From: Abditibacterium sp.
GTDB taxonomy: Bacteria > Armatimonadota > Abditibacteriia > Abditibacteriales > Abditibacteriaceae
Length of the DNA: 64,000 nucleotides
NCBI GenBank assembly: GCA_965199495.1
Contig: CBDASK010000003.1
Location: 3,008,001-3,072,000 of the forward strand
Reading direction: 5' to 3'
The translations under genes and the position numbers were made by a program. Positions 57,496-64,000 of the stretch are shown piece by piece (the first letter of the stretch is position 1; each line of letters begins with the position of its first letter). The notes beneath the pieces are model-generated. The model was not told the origin of the DNA. It did no database searches and worked only from the letters and a program-made list of their open reading frames with translations.

Positions 57496-60075
57496 ATGCT
57501 CGCCCAATTCGGCTCGCTCTTTTCCATTTTACGCACGCTCGCGCGCCCGTTGCGCTTTCGTCCGATGCTGTGGATGGCGCTATGCGCTTTGATCGGCATC
57601 GCGCTGGGCGGCGCGTTGGCGATGAGTCTGGGCGTGCCAAACGATGTCACGCGCGCCGATGGACGTTTGATTTGGCCATTGCCGCTCGCGATTATCGCGC
57701 TGGCGATTGCATTCGTGATGCGCCAGCACGCTTTGTGGTGGCGCGTGGCTGTGGCGGGCGCGCTCATTCTCGGTTTCGCCGCGCACGCCGCGCGTCGAGT
57801 TGCGCCTCCGGCGGGCGATATTTCGCGCTTGGCGCGTTTGCCCGCGCGCGTGAATGGCCCGTTGGTTGCGCCCGTGGCTGTGGTGCGCGGCATCGTCGCC
57901 GATTATCCCCGGCGCGCCGAATTTAACACGCAGTTTCCGCTCGATTGTCGAGGCCAATATGCGGGCCGCGTCTGGGTGCGCGCGCCGTTCGATTTTTCGG
58001 CGCGCGTTGGCGACGAAGTCGAGATGCAATTGGAACTCAAGCCGCTTCAAAGTGCGACCAATCCCGGCGAGCGCGACGATTTTTGGAGTTCGATTGGCGC
58101 CAATTGTTGGGTCGAAGGCAATCTGTATCGCGCGCCGCGCCAACGCGCGCAGTGGCGCATCGTCCGGCGCGGCGCGGCTTTGCCGGTCGCGCGCGCCGTT
58201 GACCTTTGGCGTAGCGCGATTTTGAATCGCTACGAAACCGTATTTCGCGGGCGAGACAGCGCGCCGTTTCCCGGTCGGCCCTTTCCCTCAGCCACGGCGC
58301 AGTTGCTCACGGCGATGGTGTTTGGCGAAGGCGGACTTTCGCGCCCTTTGCCGCGCGAATTGCGCGATAATTTTCGCGCGGCGGGTTTGTCGCACTTGCT
58401 TGTCGCCAGTGGAACGCAGGTCACGTTCATCGCGGGCGCGCTTATTTTCGGATTGCAGGCGTTGGGCGTGCGGCGCTTTTGGTTGGTTGTGGGCGTGTTG
58501 CCGGGACTTTTGGCCTATGCGCTGTTGGCGGGCACGGCGCCCTCGATTTGGCGCGCGACGTTGGGCGGAGTTTTGGTGGCGTTCGCGCTCGCGAGTGGGC
58601 GCGAAGTGGACGGATTATCGCTGTGGGGCGCGGCGTTGCTGGCGCTTTTACTGATCGATCCAGCTTTGGCGTGGAGTTTGTCGTTGCAACTCACGTTTGC
58701 CGCGACGTGGGGTTTAATCTGTTTGTCGCCGGTCATTTTACGTTTGATTCGCCACGTCGCCGATGGTTACCTGGCGCAGTTGGCGGCGCTTTCGCTGGGC
58801 GCGCAGTGGGCGACGTTACCGATTTCGCTGTTTCATTTCGGCACTTTCAGCATCGTCGGTTTGGGCGCCAATTTCTTCGCCGTGCCGCTCGCGGGCGTCT
58901 TGGTTTTTACCGGCGCTCTGGGTTTGATAATTCCCGCTTTCGTCACGCTGAATTATTGGCAGACGCGCGCTATCGAAGGTGTCGCGCAGGGTTTTGCCCA
59001 GTTGCCGGGCGCGGGCGTGCAGGGCAGCAACGTGAAAATCGCGTGGGTTTTCGTCTGTTATGGTCTATGTTTACTTTCGATGGCGACGGTCTATTCCGAA
59101 GAACCCGGCGCGTGGGGCCGCGCTGTTATCTGGCTTCGGTATCGTTGGAACAAACTCAAATCGAGCGATCCGCGTCCGTATCTGGCGCTCGCAGTTTTGG
59201 CGGGCGCCGGTCTGTTGTGGTGGCGATTTGCCCCGGCGCCGCAGACACTACGCGCCATCGTTTTGGATGTCGGGCAGGGCAACGCCACGCTAATCATTTC
59301 GCCGCGCGGACGCGCGATTTTGGTGGATGCCGGAACCGGCGATGGGCGCGCTGACGTCGGGCAATCTGTTGTTTTGCCCGCGCTCAAAGAGTTGGGCGTC
59401 GAGCGTTTGGACGCGGTTTTCGTGACGCGTTCCGACGCCGCGCATTGCAGCGGTTTGCCCGCCGTGTTACGCGAAATCCCCGTCGCGATGCTGGTGGACG
59501 GTGCGCAGGCCGCAGAAATTCAACGTCCGCCATCCGAATTGGATTTATTGGCGCCCGATCCGTCCGAAGTGGATTATTTGGCGTTGCGACAAATCGCGCA
59601 AACGCAAAAAATTCCGCTCGTGGTTCCGCGCGCCGGGCAAGGTTACGATTTCGATGGTGTCGCCGTGCGCGTGTTGGCGCCGACGATTCCGCCGCTGCAA
59701 ACGAGCGGCGATAATTCGCTGGCGTTGCGCATCAGTTGGGGCGCGTCCTCGATTTTGATGCCGGGCGATTTGGAAAACGCGGGCGAAGAACGCTTGCTAC
59801 GGCGCGGCGGCGAATTGCGCTCGACGGTTTTAATCGTCGGTAATCACGGCGGAAATCAAAGTTGCAGCGCCGACTTCCTGCGCGCCGTGGCTGCTCGCAT
59901 CGCGCTGATTCCGGTCGGCAAGTATAATCGCGAAAAAACTCCGACGCGCGGCGTTTTGCAACGCCTGAACGCCGCGCGCGCCGTGGTTTTGCGCACCGAT
60001 TTGGATGGCGCATTGAGCGTCGAATGTTCGCGCGAGAATTGTAGCGTCAGCGCGGCGCGGCAAGCGGGACAATAG
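57496..60075 (+). CDS. comEC: DNA internalisation competence protein ComEC/Rec2
   Basis: OB-like region (NPG), F..AGLSHLL..SG, SLQLTF.AT, N..AVP; MBL-like domain LDVGQG...LVDAG...GD.E...RTD.DG. Confidence 0.9.
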   Translation: MLAQFGSLFSILRTLARPLRFRPMLWMALCALIGIALGGALAMSLGVPNDVTRADGRLIWPLPLAIIALAIAFVMRQHALWWRVAVAGALILGFAAHAARRVAPPAGDISRLARLPARVNGPLVAPVAVVRGIVADYPRRAEFNTQFPLDCRGQYAGRVWVRAPFDFSARVGDEVEMQLELKPLQSATNPGERDDFWSSIGANCWVEGNLYRAPRQRAQWRIVRRGAALPVARAVDLWRSAILNRYETVFRGRDSAPFPGRPFPSATAQLLTAMVFGEGGLSRPLPRELRDNFRAAGLSHLLVASGTQVTFIAGALIFGLQALGVRRFWLVVGVLPGLLAYALLAGTAPSIWRATLGGVLVAFALASGREVDGLSLWGAALLALLLIDPALAWSLSLQLTFAATWGLICLSPVILRLIRHVADGYLAQLAALSLGAQWATLPISLFHFGTFSIVGLGANFFAVPLAGVLVFTGALGLIIPAFVTLNYWQTRAIEGVAQGFAQLPGAGVQGSNVKIAWVFVCYGLCLLSMATVYSEEPGAWGRAVIWLRYRWNKLKSSDPRPYLALAVLAGAGLLWWRFAPAPQTLRAIVLDVGQGNATLIISPRGRAILVDAGTGDGRADVGQSVVLPALKELGVERLDAVFVTRSDAAHCSGLPAVLREIPVAMLVDGAQAAEIQRPPSELDLLAPDPSEVDYLALRQIAQTQKIPLVVPRAGQGYDFDGVAVRVLAPTIPPLQTSGDNSLALRISWGASSILMPGDLENAGEERLLRRGGELRSTVLIVGNHGGNQSCSADFLRAVAARIALIPVGKYNREKTPTRGVLQRLNAARAVVLRTDLDGALSVECSRENCSVSAARQAGQ

Positions 60076-60081
60076 GTTCTC

Positions 60082-60531
60082 GTAAAGACGCAGATTTATC
60101 GCGTTTAAAGCGTTAGAATTGCCCTCACATATCGCGGTTTCTACGTTTTAAGTGCCCGGTAAAAATAGGCCCGGCTCTTACTGCACCAGCCAATTCACCT
60201 ATGGCGGGGCTTGCGCCTCCTTCCAATCGAGATTCCCTCCGCACCCGATTGGAAGGAGGCGCAAGCCCCGCCATAAGTAGTGCAGCAAATATTTGGCGGT
60301 AGAATGCGATATAAAATCGCAGCCAAGGAAGTCGTCGGCCTTCGCCGACAGAAGAAAGTTCAAACTGTCGGCGAAGGCCGACGACTTCCTTGGCTGCGAT
60401 TTTATATCGCATTCACAAACTTGGCGAATTACCGGTTTTCTTTTCCCTGATTACTTAAGTGAATCAACCTTCACGAGAATGGTTTAACTTAAATGTGTCA
60501 GACCACTTATGACGCGATAAATCGGCGTCTC
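60082..60531. repeat. Nested palindrome cluster
   Basis: Family A arms at 60082-60106 and 60511-60531 enclose a family C hairpin (60200-60275) and a perfect 50-bp inverted repeat (60302-60351 / 60365-60414). Confidence 0.82.
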
Positions 60532-60580
60532 ACCAGTTGCGCCCCGTAAACTCTGAGGCACGTCGAAGCCCTTTAATTCA

Positions 60581-61585
60581 ATGGAAACCGTTCCTTTATC
60601 AACCGAAGAAGCCGCCATCGCGCGCGATGGGATGCGCCGCGTTATCGCCCAAGTCGAGCGCGTTATTGTTGGCAAACGCAGCGTCGTCGAATTGTGCGCT
60701 CTGGCTTTGCTGGCGCGCGGCCACGTTCTCATCGAAGATGTGCCGGGCACTGGCAAAACCATGCTCGCCAAAGCGTTCGCGCGCGCGATGGGCGGCGAGT
60801 TCAAGCGCATTCAGTTCACGCCCGATCTGCTGCCGGGCGATGTGACCGGGCTTTCGATTTACAGCCCGAAAACCGGCGATTTTTCGTTTGTGCCCGGCCC
60901 GATTTTCGCTCACGTTTTGCTGGCCGACGAAATTAATCGCGCCACGCCCAAAACGCAGGCGGCGCTTTTGGAAGCGATGGAAGAAGCGCAAGTCACCAAC
61001 GACGGCCAGACGCGCGCTTTGCCGCGCCCGTTTTTGGTGTTGGCCACGCAAAATCCCATCGAATATCGCGGCACTTACCCGCTGCCCGAAGCGCAAATGG
61101 ACAGATTTTTGTTGCGCGTCGGTTTGGGCTATCCGACGAGAGCGCAGGAAATCGAAATGGTCTCGCGCCACGTCCATTCGGGCGCGGGCGCCAGCGAGCG
61201 GGGCGCCCTCGCCGGACAAGCTGGATCGTTGCTCAACGCCGTCGAACCGATTTTGTCGGTTGAGGAAGCGCGGCGTTTTCAGGCCGACCGAATGCGCGTT
61301 CAAATCGCGCCCGAACTGCACGAATATCTGGTGGATTTAGTTCACGCCACACGCAGCCACGTCGCCGTGGCTCTGGGCGCCTCGCCGCGCGCGACGCTGG
61401 CGCTGCAACGCGCGGCGCAGGCCAACGCGTTGCTCGATGGCCGCACTTATGTCGTGCCCGAAGACATCAAAACTCTGGCGCCTCATGTGTTGTCGCACCG
61501 TCTGATTTTGCACGGCGAAAGCGGTAACCCGCGCGCCTCGCACGATTTGGTATGCGCCATTTTAGACGAAGTCGCCGTCAGGTGA
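60581..61585 (+). CDS. MoxR-family AAA+ ATPase
   Basis: GHVLIEDVPGTGKT, RIQFTPDLLP.D, LADEINR..PKTQ.ALLE.M, ATQNP.E..GTYPLPEAQ.DRF, GASPR. Confidence 0.95.
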   Translation: METVPLSTEEAAIARDGMRRVIAQVERVIVGKRSVVELCALALLARGHVLIEDVPGTGKTMLAKAFARAMGGEFKRIQFTPDLLPGDVTGLSIYSPKTGDFSFVPGPIFAHVLLADEINRATPKTQAALLEAMEEAQVTNDGQTRALPRPFLVLATQNPIEYRGTYPLPEAQMDRFLLRVGLGYPTRAQEIEMVSRHVHSGAGASERGALAGQAGSLLNAVEPILSVEEARRFQADRMRVQIAPELHEYLVDLVHATRSHVAVALGASPRATLALQRAAQANALLDGRTYVVPEDIKTLAPHVLSHRLILHGESGNPRASHDLVCAILDEVAVR

Positions 61586-61606
61586 ATGTCGGCTTGACAG
61601 ATATTG

Positions 61607-61756
61607 GCGCGACACGTCATTTCGAGCGAAGCCGAGAAATCTTGCGGCCCCGCGCCAGCGGAAATGATGCGCGAGCTTAAACGTAAAGATCGCTTCAACC
61701 TGCGCTGCCGCGCGGGCGAAAGATTTCTCGGCTTCGCTCGAAATGACGTGTCGCGC
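61607..61756. repeat. MITE-like hairpin, family B
   Basis: GTCATTTCGAGCGAAGCCGAGAAATCT ... AGATTTCTCGGCTTCGCTCGAAATGAC; the interior is the reverse complement of the 25119 copy. Confidence 0.85.
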
Positions 61757-61780
61757 TCACATCCGATTATCCGATAAATT

Positions 61781-62449
61781 ATGAAAAGCATTAAATATCC
61801 GCGCACTTTGCATTTGCCGTGGAGCGATACCATCGGGCCGGACGGCGATCACGTTTTGGCAAGTGCCGAAGTTTTCGCGGGCCAGGAAGTCGTGGTGACC
61901 GAGAAGTTGGACGGCGAAAATACCACGATTTATCGCGATCACCAGCACGCGCGTTCGCTCGATTCGGGACATCACATTTCGCGCGGTTGGGTCAAAAATT
62001 TCGGCGCGCGCATCGGGCCGCACATTCCCGACGACGTTCGCATCAACGGCGAAAATATGTTCGCGCTCCACTCGATTGCTTACGACGATTTGCCGTCGTA
62101 TTTTCTGGTCTTCGCCGTTTGGCGCGGCGAGACTTTGCTTGCGTGGGACGAAAGCGCCGATTTATGCGCACAAATCGAACGCGACGGTGGCGAAAAACTT
62201 CCGTTAGCGCCGGTGTTATATCGCGGCGTGTGGAACGAGAAAACCGTGCGCGCTTTATACGATGTGGACAATCCGTCCGCCTCGCGCTTTGGCCCGGCCA
62301 GCGAAGGTTATGTCGTACGCTTGGCGCGCGCTCTCAATCGCGACGAATGGGAGCGCGGCATCGCCAAATATGTCCGTCCGCGCCATGTGCAAAGTGGGTC
62401 GCACTGGATGCTCAAACCGGTCGAGAAAAATGGACTCCGCACCCCTTAA
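61781..62449 (+). CDS. ATP-dependent RNA ligase family protein
   Basis: KYPRTLHLPWS; nucleotidyltransferase motifs TEKLDGEN (I), NGEN (III), FLVF (IIIa), EGYVVR (IV), AKYVR (V). Confidence 0.88.
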   Translation: MKSIKYPRTLHLPWSDTIGPDGDHVLASAEVFAGQEVVVTEKLDGENTTIYRDHQHARSLDSGHHISRGWVKNFGARIGPHIPDDVRINGENMFALHSIAYDDLPSYFLVFAVWRGETLLAWDESADLCAQIERDGGEKLPLAPVLYRGVWNEKTVRALYDVDNPSASRFGPASEGYVVRLARALNRDEWERGIAKYVRPRHVQSGSHWMLKPVEKNGLRTP

Positions 62450-62900
62450 ATTGCCCGAAATCTGGCGTTATCTGCGCGGCGCGCGCGTTTACGTGGACGC
62501 CAACGCGTGGATTTACGCGCGCGAACCGTTGCCGAAATGGGACGATTTGCGTTTGTTTTTGCAACTGGCGCACGCCGGATATTGGCGTTTGGTGACGAGC
62601 GAACTTTCGCTCGCCGAAGCGCTCGTGCACCCGATTCGCGACCGCGACCGCCGCGCGCAATCCGAGTTCGGGCGCGCCCTGCAAAGCGACGAACAGTTGG
62701 CGGTGGCTGCTGTTTCGCGCCCAATATTAATCGAGGCCGCGACACTTCGCGCCACGCGCGGCCTCGAAATGCCCGACGCGATTCACGCCGCGACCGCCAA
62801 AATCGCGCGCTGCACGCACTTTCTGACCGGCGACGAAGCCTTAGCGCGCGCCGTTCACTTGCCGGTTTTGCGCGTCGAAAATTTGCGCGGCGACGCGTAA
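62430..62900 (+). CDS. PIN-domain (VapC-like) ribonuclease
   Basis: VYVDANAWIY, TSELSLAEALV.P, PDAIHAATA, FLTGD; all four acidic residues present; ATG at 62430. Confidence 0.88.
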   Translation: MDSAPLKLPEIWRYLRGARVYVDANAWIYAREPLPKWDDLRLFLQLAHAGYWRLVTSELSLAEALVHPIRDRDRRAQSEFGRALQSDEQLAVAAVSRPILIEAATLRATRGLEMPDAIHAATAKIARCTHFLTGDEALARAVHLPVLRVENLRGDA

Positions 62901-62902
62901 CT

Positions 62903-63054
62903 TTTGGAGCGCGGGCTTTAGCCCGTCCGAAAATAGACTTCTTGCAAACGTGCCAGCGAATAAATTCGCTGGCACGTTTGCAAAAGTCTATTTAGAAATC
63001 GCTTGAATCGAAGTCAATAAACGGAATTTTACGGGCTAAAACCCGCGCTCCAAA
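62903..63054. repeat. Nested palindrome (family E)
   Basis: TTTGGAGCGCGGGCTTTAGCCCGT ... ACGGGCTAAAACCCGCGCTCCAAA enclosing TTGCAAACGTGCCAGCGAAT-AA-ATTCGCTGGCACGTTTGCAA. Confidence 0.8.
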
Positions 63055-63068
63055 CAACTTTTCAATCC

Positions 63069-64000
63069 ATGCCACTGCTCAATAAAAATCGGCTTGTTTT
63101 GCTGATCGCGATTCTGTCGGCGGCGGCGGGCGCGCTCGTTTTCAAAACGCCCGCCGTGCTGTTTTTGTTGGCGACGCTGGTTTGCGCGCCGATTTTGGCG
63201 AGCGCGATTGGTCGCTTGATGTCGCGCGGCTTGAAAATTTCGCGGCAGATGCCGCTCGTCGCCAGTGTGGGCGATGAACTGCGCGCGCGCTTAACCGTGC
63301 GCAACGTCGGGCCGCTCCCGGCGCTTTTGGTTCATGCGCAGGGGCGTGGTAGCGACGAACCAATCCGATCTGCGTCGTGGCGCCAGCGCAAATCCGAAAC
63401 GCGCGTCAATAACGCGAGCGTTCCCTTTTACGAAGTTGTGGGCGAGGCCGAATTGGTGGTGCCGGTGCTGATGCCGGGCGCGAGTTTTACGGGCGAAGTC
63501 GTCTGGAAACTGACGCGGCGCGGCGTTTATCCGTGGCCCGGCGCGCGCGCGGGCACGCTCGACCCGGTCGCGCTGAGCGACTTGCTGCGCGCGTGGAGCG
63601 CGCCCGCCGAGCTGACGGTTTGGCCGCGTCCGCTCAAGCTACGCCGTTTTCAGTTGGGCGGCAGCTCGCCCAGCGTTCAGCCGCACCGAAGAGCCACGGC
63701 GTCCGCCGATGCCGCCGAAGTTCACGGCGTGCGGCCCTATCAGGCGGGCGAAGGCGGGCGGCGCATTCACTGGCGCGCGACGGCGCGCACTGGCGAACTG
63801 CACGTCATCGAATGGGAAGAAGATTCCGCCGCCGACCTGACGATTTTATTGGACGTTCAAGCCGCTTTGGTCGCCGGAACGTCGGGGCAGGATTCGCTGG
63901 AAATGGCGATTGTGGCGGCGGCTTCGGTGGCGGCGTTCACGCTGGAAAATGGCCAGCGCGCCCGCATTTTCTGGTGGGCCGACGACCCGGCGAACCCAAA
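63069..64000 (+). CDS. DUF58-domain protein (MoxR-associated), truncated by the window edge
   Basis: My translation: two N-terminal TMs, RRGVY, DP, V.PR, VHGVRPYQAGEGGRRIHWRATARTGELHV.E.E, ILLD. Confidence 0.88.
   Translation, partial: MPLLNKNRLVLLIAILSAAAGALVFKTPAVLFLLATLVCAPILASAIGRLMSRGLKISRQMPLVASVGDELRARLTVRNVGPLPALLVHAQGRGSDEPIRSASWRQRKSETRVNNASVPFYEVVGEAELVVPVLMPGASFTGEVVWKLTRRGVYPWPGARAGTLDPVALSDLLRAWSAPAELTVWPRPLKLRRFQLGGSSPSVQPHRRATASADAAEVHGVRPYQAGEGGRRIHWRATARTGELHVIEWEEDSAADLTILLDVQAALVAGTSGQDSLEMAIVAAASVAAFTLENGQRARIFWWADDPANP

Noticed and set aside
57000..57926. 308-aa ORF crossing into comEC
   Set aside because: It runs through a palindromic repeat and an alternative comEC frame, with no motif
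941..63054. Palindromic repeats as a CRISPR array
   Set aside because: They are dispersed inverted pairs, not direct repeats with regular unique spacers, and no cas genes are present
2564..63700. CGTGGCT motif as Chi or KOPS (ftsK is in the window)
   Set aside because: Counts on the two strands are about equal and interleaved, whereas Chi and KOPS are polarised

Overview
A GC-rich bacterial chromosomal window of mostly core and envelope genes. The gene mix (outer-membrane functions, KdsC, porin, Lpt-like protein, KhpA, ComEC) suggests a diderm Terrabacteria lineage such as Abditibacteriota/Armatimonadota; this is inference only. Contents include: the 5' end of a PDH E2 gene, a frameshifted Uma2 nuclease, a sigma-54 response regulator, an ABC exporter with DUF1854, RsmE, FtsK, an M16 peptidase, tRNA-Glu, sugar-nucleotide enzymes, a 1.7-kaa Calx-beta/IPT surface protein, a kdsC/GT-C/LolA/LptC-LptA-like envelope cluster, a PadR operon with two duplicated membrane proteins, the rpsP-khpA-rimM-trmD-rplS-lepB-lepB-rnhB operon, a porin divergent from a PhoB-like regulator with an 11-bp-phased Pho-box-like array, GH26, ComEC, and MoxR/DUF58 interrupted by an RNA ligase-PIN pair. 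No CRISPR array, rRNA, transposase or integrase was seen. Most notable: (1) a non-palindromic motif, (GC)CGTGGCT(GC), occurring about once per kb on both strands and in all reading frames, resembling a DNA uptake sequence; (2) an overlapping RNA ligase + PIN nuclease cassette with no conventional antitoxin; (3) an orphan caspase-fold-like membrane protein; (4) a long single-chain LptC/LptA-like protein; (5) at least seven unrelated intergenic palindrome families, some nested.
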